Assembly: GCA_040755855.1 (NCBI GenBank)
Contig: JBFMAD010000002.1
Span: forward strand, 96,001 to 160,000
Source: Planctomycetota bacterium
GTDB taxonomy: Bacteria > Planctomycetota > Brocadiia > JAADGH01
Direction: 5' to 3'
DNA length: 64,000 nt
The position numbers and the translations under genes are program-made. The first letter of the stretch is position 1, and each line of letters opens with the position of its first letter. This document shows positions 46,619 to 55,944 of the stretch, one piece after another. The notes below the pieces were generated by a model that worked only from the letters and a program-made list of their open reading frames with translations, did no database searches and was not told the DNA's origin.

Positions 46619-47338
46619 TTACTGCTCGGGGGGGAGCTGCATCTGCTGAGTCTGGTGCGTGCGTTCGTCGGCCCGCTTGGTCGCCTCCATCATGATGTCG
46701 CGGATGGGGCGTTTGACGGTCTGGAGGACGTACCCGTCGGCGTACTTCACTCGGAAGTACCCCCTCCGCCAGGTGAGCATGCTGATGAGCGCCTCGTCCC
46801 CCAGGCCCTGGCCGAGGGTGGCGTGGATGGCCTTGCCGTCGCGGACATGGACCGTCCCCACCGCCCCGTCGTTCCTCAAGGTGATGAAGGCGTTGCGGTG
46901 GTTCATCTCGAAGAGGTGAAGCAGCTCGGCGGCCGTGAGGAGCTCCAGCGGTCCGACAATCGTGTCGGCCACCCGGGACTTGGGCAGCTCGACGTGCCCC
47001 ATGCCCTTCAGCGCGGCAATCAGCAGTTGGACCGTGCTCTCTCGAACGGTGCGCTGGATCTTCCCCCGGAGGGCGACCAGCTCGAAGAAACTCTCGATCC
47101 AGCGAAGGATCTCGACAATCGCCTCGTCCCCCCTCAGATCACGATAGACGGCGTCCGCGAGGACTCCATCCTGGATGAAGACCTTCCCCAGACGATGCTT
47201 GTGATTGACGGTGATGGCTACGCTCCGCCGGTGCATCTCGGAGATCTGAATCAATTCAAACAACCCGGCGAAGCGCGTTCGCCCTCGGACACACCCTTGC
47301 ATTGGCTCTGTTTCCTGTTTTTGGGCGAATACCCCCAC
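46619..47338 (-). CDS. Tandem DUF4388 (PATAN-like) domain protein
   Basis: Two repeats of L.ELIQ...G.VFI.DG....A....GDEA....L.W....F. Confidence 0.8.
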   Translation of the reverse strand: MGVFAQKQETEPMQGCVRGRTRFAGLFELIQISEMHRRSVAITVNHKHRLGKVFIQDGVLADAVYRDLRGDEAIVEILRWIESFFELVALRGKIQRTVRESTVQLLIAALKGMGHVELPKSRVADTIVGPLELLTAAELLHLFEMNHRNAFITLRNDGAVGTVHVRDGKAIHATLGQGLGDEALISMLTWRRGYFRVKYADGYVLQTVKRPIRDIMMEATKRADERTHQTQQMQLPPEQ

Positions 47339-47531
47339 ACGCGCTACGGCGTTCTCTTCTCTCTTCAGGAATTATTATATATTACCACATCCTTTCGCAA
47401 GACACAAGTATTTTGTCATGGAAATCTTGGCCCCCAGCGCAATTTGGGCCTGAATTCCTGTTGACTGCCTACCGGCCTCTTGGTACGCTCTGAACCCTTA
47501 ACCGAGTTTCGTAATCCGCAAGGAGCATGAA

Positions 47532-48728
47532 ATGGCGTACCACATGGATTTCCAACGACACAACGAAGAGGTCCGCGCCCTCTGGGCCGGCTACCGCGAG
47601 GGAAAACCGACGCGCGTGCCCGTCCAGTGGCACATGAACAGCCGCATGTGGCTCCTCAACCCGAGGCTCAACACGAAGGGATACACCTTCCAGGACTACT
47701 ACCGGCGGCCCGAGGTCGCGCTGGAGGTCGAGTTGGAGTTCACCAAATGGCGGCGCACCGAGGTGATGGAGGACACCCACAAGGGGCTGCCGGAAAAGTG
47801 GCACGTCAATATGTGCGGTCAGAACGTCCTCGGCGCGGGATGGCTCGGATCGAAGATCGTCTTCCGCGAGAATGCCGTCCCCCACGTGGAACCGGGCCTC
47901 CTCGCCGAGAAGGACGCATTGAAGGACGCCGAAATCCCGGACGTCCGCGCACGCGACATGAGGTATGCGTGGGAATTCCGGGACTATTGCCTCGACCAGA
48001 TCAAGAAGGGATACGAGTTCGAGGGCCGCCCCCTCGCGGGAGTGGGCTACCCCGGCGTGGAGCCGCCCATGACCCTGGCCTACCTCCTGCGCGGCTCGAC
48101 GCAGTTTCTGATTGACCTCTGCGAAGACGCCGACTACTTCCGCCGCCTGATGACCTATGCCACAGACGCCTATCTGACGTTCACCCGGAAGGTGCACGAG
48201 TGGCAGGGCGTGAAGGAGAAGCCCAGGCAAGGCGGATTCAGCGACGACGCCATCGAGCTGATCTCCGTGGCGCACTTCAACGAGTTCGTCTATCCTCACC
48301 ACAAGCGCGTCCTGGACGCGCTCTACGACGGCGGGCCGTTCTGCTATCACCTCTGCGGCCGGGCGCAGCACCAGTTCAGAAACCTGCGCGACCGTCTCAA
48401 TGTCTGGGCCTTCGACACCGGCTTCCCCACCGACCTCGGCAAGGCCCGGAAGGAGCTCGGCCCGGCCGTCACCCTCTGGGGCAACATCCATGTGGCGACG
48501 CTCCAATACGGTACGAAAGACGAAATCACCGACGCCGTCCGAAAAATCCTCGACAGCGGCGTCATGCACGGCGGGCGCTTCGTCTTTGGCGACGGCAACA
48601 ACGTCGCCGAGCGAACGCCAGAGGAGAACCTGAATCACTGCTATGAGGTGGTCAAAGACCTCGGCGCCTATCGCCAGGACCAATACGTTGAACATCTGGA
48701 ACCGAAGTACTATCCCTATGCCGGGTAA
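47532..48728 (+). CDS. Uroporphyrinogen decarboxylase / MtaA-CmuA family protein
   Basis: PMTLAYLLRG, SDDAIELIS, YHLCG, LWGNI, FVFGDGNNV...TPEENL. Promoter TTGACT-17-TACGCT at 47461-47489. Confidence 0.85.
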   Translation: MAYHMDFQRHNEEVRALWAGYREGKPTRVPVQWHMNSRMWLLNPRLNTKGYTFQDYYRRPEVALEVELEFTKWRRTEVMEDTHKGLPEKWHVNMCGQNVLGAGWLGSKIVFRENAVPHVEPGLLAEKDALKDAEIPDVRARDMRYAWEFRDYCLDQIKKGYEFEGRPLAGVGYPGVEPPMTLAYLLRGSTQFLIDLCEDADYFRRLMTYATDAYLTFTRKVHEWQGVKEKPRQGGFSDDAIELISVAHFNEFVYPHHKRVLDALYDGGPFCYHLCGRAQHQFRNLRDRLNVWAFDTGFPTDLGKARKELGPAVTLWGNIHVATLQYGTKDEITDAVRKILDSGVMHGGRFVFGDGNNVAERTPEENLNHCYEVVKDLGAYRQDQYVEHLEPKYYPYAG

Positions 48729-48734
48729 GCCATT

Positions 48735-51700
48735 ATGGGGAAAATGACGCTGCCACGCTATGCCGTTTGCATAAGCCTTGCCTTGTTGATCCTCCTGCTC
48801 GAACACGTCCAGGCCCAGCCGCAGCCGGAACCATTGACCCGCGCCATCCTCGATTCGACCGGCGTCCGAGGCGGCCTCATCGTCCACCTCGGCTGTGGCG
48901 ATGGGAAGCTGACGGCTGCGCTAAGGTTGAGTGAGAGTTACATTGTACACGGGTTGGAGAGAGACGCCGCGAGGGTCGCGGAGGCGCGGGAACACATCCG
49001 CTCCCTCGGTCTCTATGGCAAGGTGTCCGTCGCACTGTGGCACGGGGATCGCCTTCCGTATGCGGACAACCTTGTCAATCTGATAGTGGCAAGTGGGGAG
49101 TGGAAAGTGGCGAGTGAAGAAATCCTGCGCGTCCTCGCCCCTAATGGCGTGGCACTTTTCACAAATCGCCAATCGAAAATCGAAAATCGAAAATTGCTCA
49201 AGCCCTGGACCACGGACATTGACGAGTGGACCCACTTTCTTCACGGTCCCGACAACAACGCTGTGGCAAGGGACAGCGTCGTCGGCCCGCCGGGTCGAAT
49301 CCAATGGACCGCCGGCCCGATGTGGTCGAAGGAGCACGACGTAACCCCGAGCATCTTCGGCCCCGTGTCGGCCAAGGGACGGCTGTTCTACATCCAAGAG
49401 GAAGGCCCGGTCTGCGTCATCGAAAAGGACCTTCCCGAGAAGCACAGCCTCGTGGCGCGCGACGCCTTCAACGGCGTGCTGCTGTGGAAGCGGCCGATGT
49501 CGAACTGGTATTCGAGCCGTCTCATCTGGGGCCACATCCCCGTGCACACGCAGCGCCGCCTGGTGGCCGTGGGTGATCGCGTCTATGTGACGCTGGGCCT
49601 GGGGTCGCCCGTCACGGCCATTGACGCGGCCACCGGCAAAACGATTCGAGAGTACCAGGCTACCGAAGACGCGAGCGAGATCGTCCACGACCAGGGCCTC
49701 CTTGCGCTTGCGATCCGAAAGACGCACCCGTTGGATGCCACACTATCGGGAAGGGACGGCGAGAGGTTCCGACCGGGATACCCGGGACCGGAGGAAGGCG
49801 GACAGGCCGTGATGGTGGTCAACGCGGAGACAGGCGAGACCCTCTGGCGCAGCGACAGGGGCTGCCTGCCGCTTACGCTCGCCGTCAATGATGGCAGGCT
49901 CTTCTTCGCGGAGGCGGAGAACGTCGCGTGTTTGGACTTGAGGACCGGCAAAGAGATATGGTGCTCGCCATGTATAGCCAAGGCGTTGGTTGCCCATGAC
50001 GGGATCGTTCTGGCGGCCAGTCATCACGAAAGAAAGTCCCGGACGATTGATCTCGCGGCCTTCTCGGTCGAGGACGGACGTTGCCTCTGGACAAGAAAGG
50101 GCGACTGCCTGCCGAACTTTTCCACCTTCTTCGCGCCGGTTGATCTCTTCGTTGCCCAGGGCCTGGTGTGGGGGCTGGCGGAGGACCTGGAATGGGACGC
50201 CCTGCCCGGCAGCGGGCATCTCCTCGGCCTCGATCCGACCACGGGAGAGGTAAAGAGGAAGATACCGTTAGAGGGGGCCTTTACCGCGGGACATCACGTT
50301 CGCTGCTACAAGGGCAAAGCGACGGAGCGATTCCTCTTGTTCAACAAGCGAGGCATCGAATTTGTGGGTCTCGATCCCGAGCAGAAGCCGATCCAGACTC
50401 AATGGGTCCGCGGGGCGTGCCGGTACGGCATCCTGCCCTGCAACGGCCTGATCTATGCGCCGTCCCATGCCTGCGCCTGCTACCCCGCCGCGATGCTTCG
50501 CGGCTTCTACGCCCTGGCCCCGGAAGACCAGAGGGCAGAGCCCAGAGATCAGAAATCAGAGAGACTGGAGCGCGGCACGGCATATTCTGAATCAATCCAA
50601 AATCCAAAATCCAAAATCCAAAATGAAAAAGATTGGCCCACCTACCGCCGCGACGCCGCCCGGAGCGGGGCGACCTCTTCGACGGTTCCGGATATACTAA
50701 CGCCCCTCTGGTCGGTCCCGATCGGCCAACGTCTGAGTGCGCCGACGGTTGCGGAGGGCAAGGTCTTTGTCGCCGATATTGACGCGCACACCGTCCACGC
50801 CGTGGACGCCCAAACGGGAAAAGAAGTCTGGCAATACACGGCCGGCGCTCGCGTGGACTCGCCGCCGACGATCCACAAGGGCATGGCCATCTTCGGCTGC
50901 CGGGATGGATGGGTCTATTGCCTTAGGGCCTCCGACGGGGCGCTGGCATGGCGTTTTCGCGGGGCGCCCGAGGAGCGTTGGGTCGGCGCATATGATCAGG
51001 TGGAATCCGCATGGCCCGTCCACGGCAGCGTACTGGTCAAAGACGACGTCGCCTACTTCGCAGCCGGGCGGTCGTCATTCCTCGACGGCGGCATCATCGT
51101 GCGCGCCGTGGACGCGGCGACGGGAAAGCTCCTCCACGAGATGCGCCTGAGCGGACCCGATCCGCAGCAGCACAAGGACATCATCACAGCCGGCGCCATG
51201 CCCGGCGCGGTCCCCGACATCCTTACAAGCGACGGCGCGAACCTCTATCTGCGCCACGTGCAGCTCGACCCGCAACTCTCCGTCCAGCCCGACGCGAAGG
51301 CGCTGTCCTGGGGCGTCAAGGGCGAGTCGCACATCCTCGTCGGCTCCGGCTTCCTCGACGACACTTTCTTTAACCGAACGGTCTGGCAATATGGAATTCG
51401 TATAGATCGGAGCCAGATGCTCGTGGTGGACGGGACGGACGTCTACGGGCTGCGGGTGTATTGGGGCATCTCCTGGAACTGCCCCGTGTTCCACCCCGGA
51501 GACGGCTATCTGCTGTTCCGGCAGGACGTCAGCAAACCCGTGCCCAAACCGCCGCCCAAAGAGGCGAAGCAACTTGGCCGCATTCCATACGAGAGATATG
51601 CGTGGCACACCCGCGTCCCCGTGAGGGCGTGGGCCATGGTTCTGACCGGGGCGTCCGACGGCGAGGCGAGTGCAGGAGAGGGGAAGCCGGCCCGGTCGGA

Positions 51701-51932
51701 GAAACGGCTGTTCATCGCCGGCCCGCCCGATGTGCTCGATCCGGCTGATCCTTTGGCCGCGTTTGAGGGGCGGAAGGGCGGTCTGCTGTGGACCGTTTCG
51801 GCAACGGACGGGAAGAAGCTCGCCGAAACCAAGCTCGACAGCCCCTCCGTCTTCGACGGCATGGCGGCGGCGGAGGGACGGTTGTACATCGCAACGAAGG
51901 ACGGCCGACTGACCTGCATGGGAGAGAAGTAG
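48735..51932 (+). CDS. Large secreted PQQ-like beta-propeller protein with N-terminal methyltransferase-like domain
   Basis: LIVHLGCGDG, DEWTH, ARDAFNGVLLW, DWPTYR, VDAQTGKEVW, RVDSPP, GACRYG...HACAC. Confidence 0.8.
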   Translation: MGKMTLPRYAVCISLALLILLLEHVQAQPQPEPLTRAILDSTGVRGGLIVHLGCGDGKLTAALRLSESYIVHGLERDAARVAEAREHIRSLGLYGKVSVALWHGDRLPYADNLVNLIVASGEWKVASEEILRVLAPNGVALFTNRQSKIENRKLLKPWTTDIDEWTHFLHGPDNNAVARDSVVGPPGRIQWTAGPMWSKEHDVTPSIFGPVSAKGRLFYIQEEGPVCVIEKDLPEKHSLVARDAFNGVLLWKRPMSNWYSSRLIWGHIPVHTQRRLVAVGDRVYVTLGLGSPVTAIDAATGKTIREYQATEDASEIVHDQGLLALAIRKTHPLDATLSGRDGERFRPGYPGPEEGGQAVMVVNAETGETLWRSDRGCLPLTLAVNDGRLFFAEAENVACLDLRTGKEIWCSPCIAKALVAHDGIVLAASHHERKSRTIDLAAFSVEDGRCLWTRKGDCLPNFSTFFAPVDLFVAQGLVWGLAEDLEWDALPGSGHLLGLDPTTGEVKRKIPLEGAFTAGHHVRCYKGKATERFLLFNKRGIEFVGLDPEQKPIQTQWVRGACRYGILPCNGLIYAPSHACACYPAAMLRGFYALAPEDQRAEPRDQKSERLERGTAYSESIQNPKSKIQNEKDWPTYRRDAARSGATSSTVPDILTPLWSVPIGQRLSAPTVAEGKVFVADIDAHTVHAVDAQTGKEVWQYTAGARVDSPPTIHKGMAIFGCRDGWVYCLRASDGALAWRFRGAPEERWVGAYDQVESAWPVHGSVLVKDDVAYFAAGRSSFLDGGIIVRAVDAATGKLLHEMRLSGPDPQQHKDIITAGAMPGAVPDILTSDGANLYLRHVQLDPQLSVQPDAKALSWGVKGESHILVGSGFLDDTFFNRTVWQYGIRIDRSQMLVVDGTDVYGLRVYWGISWNCPVFHPGDGYLLFRQDVSKPVPKPPPKEAKQLGRIPYERYAWHTRVPVRAWAMVLTGASDGEASAGEGKPARSEKRLFIAGPPDVLDPADPLAAFEGRKGGLLWTVSATDGKKLAETKLDSPSVFDGMAAAEGRLYIATKDGRLTCMGEK

Positions 51933-51950
51933 AATAGGAAAGGGATTCGT

Positions 51951-53453
51951 ATGGTGAAGACAAACGGCGCGTGGCTGCTGCTCACGGCGGCGGCATGTTC
52001 CTGCTGGCTGTGTTCCTCCTGCGAGCCGTATGAGGGCGGGCCGCCCCAACACGCCGAATGGGAGATGACCTTCCATGACGAGTTCGACGGCGACCGCGTG
52101 AACTGGGACGTCTGGGCGTCCGAGGCCGGGCCAAGGGGCGTGGACAAGCCCGAGGGCCGCTGGCTGGAGAACAACGTCGTGAGGGACGGCATCCTCTATC
52201 AGGTCACCAAGAAGGAAAATCCCCCGCGCGGCGGCAAGGAATGGTCCTCCGCGCACATCTGGACGAAGACCTTCACCCAGAAGTATGGCTACTTCGAGTG
52301 CCGGATGCGTTACGGCCGCTGCCTGAACAACGCCTTCTGGCTCTTCCGCCCGCCGGGGCAGCGTTTTCCCGATCCGCCCCACTTCGAGATTGACATCAAC
52401 GAGGGCCATACCCCTCGTGACATCGCAATGACGCTGCACTTCTACATTTACCCCGAGGGCGAGAAGGTCGGCGACATGTACTCGACGGGCAAGATATGGA
52501 AGGCCCCAATGGATCTCGACAAGGATTTCCACGTCTACGCCTGCGAGTGGAACGAGGAGGAGATCATCTGGTATTTCGACGGCCATCCCGTGCGGCGGTT
52601 GAAGAACCCTGTCTGCCACGCCCCCGCCGATGTGCGCCTCAGCACCGTCATTATGCCCCGCCAGTTGGAAAAGGACGGCGTGGACGTCGCCACGATGGAC
52701 GGCGTGAGCATGGCCGTGGACTGGGTGCGGGTCTATCAGAAGACGCGCGACATCTCCAAGCCGAAGCTGCCTGACCTCGAGGTGTATGAAATCCCCAAGG
52801 TCGTGGCGCGGGATGTGCAGGTCGCGCCCGCGGCGAAGAAAACGATCCTGTTTGAAGAGACCTTCGAGTCCGTTGCGCCCGGCTCGCTCCCTCCGGGATG
52901 GGAGGTCGGCGAGGGACAGCCGACCGTGGCCGAGGACAAGGCCGAGGGGCGTAAGAAGCCCCTGGCGAGTAAGAACAAGGTCCTGAAGTTGAACCCCGAC
53001 GATTACGTCTTCCGCATGTTGGACGTCCCCGCAACCGACCGCATGGAGGTCGAGCTTGATGGCGATACCCCCTGGCGGCAGGACGGGTTGCTCTTCGTCA
53101 CGCTGGGCGATTTCCGCAAAGACGACCCGGAGGCCCGCAAGTTGTCCTACTACACCGGCGACATCGGCCCGTATATCCACTGGATGCGGTACTTCATTTC
53201 CTACTATACTGAGGCGGACAAGTGGACGCCCTTCGCCCAGTGGGGACGGAATCGCTGGGGGCACTTTCGTTTTGTCCTCGACGTCCGCAAGGGCGTCTTT
53301 GACTGCTACGAGGGCAAGGACCCATCGAAGTTCATCGGCGGGGGCGTCTTCCGCCATCCACAAAAGGCGGCCAAAGGCATCGGTCTCCGCCATCGGGGAC
53401 AGGCGGAGTGTGTGTATGTGGACAATGTGATCGTGCGTGTGCTGACGGAGTAG
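51951..53453 (+). CDS. Glycoside hydrolase family 16 protein
   Basis: FHDEFDG, YGYFECRM, AFWL, catalytic EIDINE, FHVYACEW, VDWVRVYQ. Confidence 0.85.
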   Translation: MVKTNGAWLLLTAAACSCWLCSSCEPYEGGPPQHAEWEMTFHDEFDGDRVNWDVWASEAGPRGVDKPEGRWLENNVVRDGILYQVTKKENPPRGGKEWSSAHIWTKTFTQKYGYFECRMRYGRCLNNAFWLFRPPGQRFPDPPHFEIDINEGHTPRDIAMTLHFYIYPEGEKVGDMYSTGKIWKAPMDLDKDFHVYACEWNEEEIIWYFDGHPVRRLKNPVCHAPADVRLSTVIMPRQLEKDGVDVATMDGVSMAVDWVRVYQKTRDISKPKLPDLEVYEIPKVVARDVQVAPAAKKTILFEETFESVAPGSLPPGWEVGEGQPTVAEDKAEGRKKPLASKNKVLKLNPDDYVFRMLDVPATDRMEVELDGDTPWRQDGLLFVTLGDFRKDDPEARKLSYYTGDIGPYIHWMRYFISYYTEADKWTPFAQWGRNRWGHFRFVLDVRKGVFDCYEGKDPSKFIGGGVFRHPQKAAKGIGLRHRGQAECVYVDNVIVRVLTE

Positions 53454-53456
53454 GTA

Positions 53457-53485
53457 TTGACAGATCGTTCGGGATGCCGTACACT
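53457..53485 (+). promoter_or_regulatory. Sigma70-type promoter of the TA pair
   Basis: TTGACA-17 nt-TACACT. Confidence 0.65.
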
Positions 53486-53555
53486 GGAGTGAAGAAGCGT
53501 AGCGGCGAAGTAGCTCGGTTGCGCCGAAGATGAGCGCAAGCTGACGGAGGGTGAT

Positions 53556-53774
53556 ATGGCTACCACAGTAGCGCAAATGACAAAACGTGAACTCAAGGAA
53601 ATGATCGAGACCCTCATCGAGCAGAAACTGCTGGACTTGCTTGGTGATCCGGATGAAGGATTGCCCATTCGAAAATCGGTGCGGGATAGACTCCTGCGCC
53701 AGAAAGGGCTTGTGGCTGCAGGAAAGCGCGGCGAACTGTTGGAGGATGTCGTACACCGCCTCGAGTTGGAGTAA
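53556..53774 (+). CDS. Putative antitoxin
   Basis: Small protein (VAQMTKRELKEMIE...LGDPDEGL) directly upstream of a RelE gene. Confidence 0.7.
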   Translation: MATTVAQMTKRELKEMIETLIEQKLLDLLGDPDEGLPIRKSVRDRLLRQKGLVAAGKRGELLEDVVHRLELE

Positions 53775-53779
53775 GGGTT

Positions 53780-54043
53780 GTGTATCGCATCCGCATCCTG
53801 GACGCGGCCGCTCGGGAGTTGGCTCGGTTAACCAAACCGGTTGGCCGCCGCATAGTTAAGCGTATCGATTGGCTGGCGGCGAATCTGGACGCCATCAGGC
53901 TCGAAACACTGGCAGGGGACCTCGCAGAATTTTATAAACTTCGAGTCGGTGATTATCGCGTCATCTATGAGATTCTCCACGACGAACACACCCTCGTCAT
54001 TCATGCCATCGGCCACCGCAGAGAAATCTATCGGAAGCGATAA
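53780..54043 (+). CDS. RelE/ParE family type II toxin
   Basis: LAGDLAEFYKLRVGDYRVIYE...IGHRREIY. Confidence 0.92.
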   Translation: MYRIRILDAAARELARLTKPVGRRIVKRIDWLAANLDAIRLETLAGDLAEFYKLRVGDYRVIYEILHDEHTLVIHAIGHRREIYRKR

Positions 54044-54141
54044 AGATGGTGCGTCTGCCGTCGCCTGAGACATCGCGGGCGCTTATGGGCCAAAAAAACC
54101 GAGCGGATTCATCTAAACAGTCGAGGAAAGGGAGATATGTT

Positions 54142-55452
54142 ATGACGAAGCGATTGGTCTGGGCGGTTGTGGTCTTCATGTTGTTCATCACGCCCGCTCT
54201 GGCGGAGTGGCCGCAGTATCTGGGTCCCGGTCGGGATGGAATCTCCCCCGAGACGGGCCTGGCCCGCGCATGGCCGCAGGAGGGCCCGAAGGTCGCGTGG
54301 ACGTTCCCCCTCGGTCAGGGCTTTGCCGGCCCGGCCGTGAGCGGGGGCAAGGTGTATCTCCTCGACCGCGAGGGGGATGAGAAGGATGTGCTGCGGTGCA
54401 TTGACCTGGACTCCGGCAAGGAGGACTGGAACCTGGCCTACGACGCACCGGGCGAGATCAAGGTGCCCGGCTCGCGCAGCGTGCCCGCAATTGACGAGAA
54501 ACACATCTACACGTGCGGGCCCTTCGGCGATGTTCACTGCGTGGACAAGGCGGCGCACAAGGCCGTCTGGCGCAAGAATGTATTGACCGACTTCGGCGGG
54601 CAGAAGCCGCCGACGTGGGGCGTGAGCCAGAGTCCTTTGATCTACGGCGACCTGCTCATCGTCGCATCGCAGACGCCGAAAGCGGGGGTGGTGGCCTATG
54701 ACAAGGCGACGGGGGACGTGAAGTGGGCCTCGCCGCCCCTGGCGGGGAAGGAAAGCTATGTGTCCCCCATGATCGTGCAGATCGCCGGGCAGGACCATCT
54801 CGTCATGATCAGCGCGATGGTGCGGGCGGGCGGACGCAGGGGCCGCAGGCCCGCCGATGAAGGCCCGCCCGAGGCGGCGCCGAAGGGCGGCGTCGTCGGC
54901 ATCGACCCGAAGACGGGAAAGATGCTCTGGAGCTACGACGGCTGGCAGTGCTCCATTCCCGTTCCCAACGCGACCCCCATCGGCGACGGACGCCTCTTCC
55001 TCACCGGCGGCTACAAGGCCGGCTCGGCCATGATCCGGGTGGAGAAGAAGGGCGAGGGCTTCGCCGCAACCGAGGTCTACAAGACGCAGGCCTTCGGCAC
55101 CCATGTTCATCCCGCGCTTCTCTACAAGGATCACCTCTATGGCCAGTGCACCACCAACACCGGCCCCGCGGACGGGTTGATGTGCATGGACCTCGACGGG
55201 AATGTGAAGTGGAAGACGGAAAAGTCCCCCCTCTTCGACAAGGGCGGCGCGATCCTGGCCGACGGGCTGATCTTCACGGTGGACGGCAACGCCGGCGTCC
55301 TGTACCTCATTGATCCCACCCCGGAGGGCTTCAAGCCCCTGGCGAGCGCGAAGCTCCTCGACACCAACCGGTGCTGGGCCCCTCTGGCCCTGTCGGACGG
55401 CAGGCTCCTGATCCGGGATCAGAAGCAGATGAAATGCGTGATCGTCCGATAG
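54142..55452 (+). CDS. Secreted PQQ-like beta-propeller protein
   Basis: Signal peptide, EWPQYLGP.RDG, repeated D..TG...W blades. Confidence 0.85.
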   Translation: MTKRLVWAVVVFMLFITPALAEWPQYLGPGRDGISPETGLARAWPQEGPKVAWTFPLGQGFAGPAVSGGKVYLLDREGDEKDVLRCIDLDSGKEDWNLAYDAPGEIKVPGSRSVPAIDEKHIYTCGPFGDVHCVDKAAHKAVWRKNVLTDFGGQKPPTWGVSQSPLIYGDLLIVASQTPKAGVVAYDKATGDVKWASPPLAGKESYVSPMIVQIAGQDHLVMISAMVRAGGRRGRRPADEGPPEAAPKGGVVGIDPKTGKMLWSYDGWQCSIPVPNATPIGDGRLFLTGGYKAGSAMIRVEKKGEGFAATEVYKTQAFGTHVHPALLYKDHLYGQCTTNTGPADGLMCMDLDGNVKWKTEKSPLFDKGGAILADGLIFTVDGNAGVLYLIDPTPEGFKPLASAKLLDTNRCWAPLALSDGRLLIRDQKQMKCVIVR

Positions 55453-55682
55453 AGATTACGTAGAATAATTGTGCTCCCGTAAAGGAAATTTTTTTCCGGG
55501 AGTTCGTTTGGTAATTTTCACTTTTTTTGCCCGCTCCGAGGCTTCACCTCGGAACAGAGCATTGATCAGACCCCGCCCGGCTCTTCGTTTTTGCAGGGAT
55601 TTTGTTCGGTCGTTTCTACTCTTTTGGGGTAGATAGGTGCATTCATGGTGATGACCTCGCTACACTATCTTCGCCGGGCCCT

Positions 55683-55811
55683 TCTCCCCCTGAGAAGATG
55701 TGAAAAAATTGTAGGCGCACCCTTTATGGGTGCGCGAGAACCCCGCAAATCGGCCCGCAGGCTAAAGCCTGCGACTACAAATTCCTTTTTTCACGCCTTC
55801 TGAGCGGAGAG
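55683..55811. mobile_element. MITE-like element: imperfect terminal inverted repeats enclosing a REP doublet
   Basis: Left TCTCCCCCTGAGAAGATGTGAAAAAA versus right (reverse complement) TCTCCGCTCAGAAGGCGTGAAAAAA. The internal TGTAG...CTACA unit resembles 11507-11563. Confidence 0.55.
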
Positions 55812-55823
55812 TCCTTTAGAAAC

Positions 55824-55852
55824 ATCATACCACACAAATGGGGGGTTGTCAA
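55824..55852 (-). promoter_or_regulatory. Near-consensus sigma70 promoter with no annotated gene downstream
   Basis: Minus strand TTGACA-17 nt-TATGAT with extended -10 TG. Confidence 0.7.
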
Positions 55853-55944
55853 GTCCGATTGTGACATTTATTATAAAAAGATGTATAATTAAACCCTAAT
55901 AGAGAATTAACGACTCAGAGCCTATCCGCGCACAGCGCCGCCTC

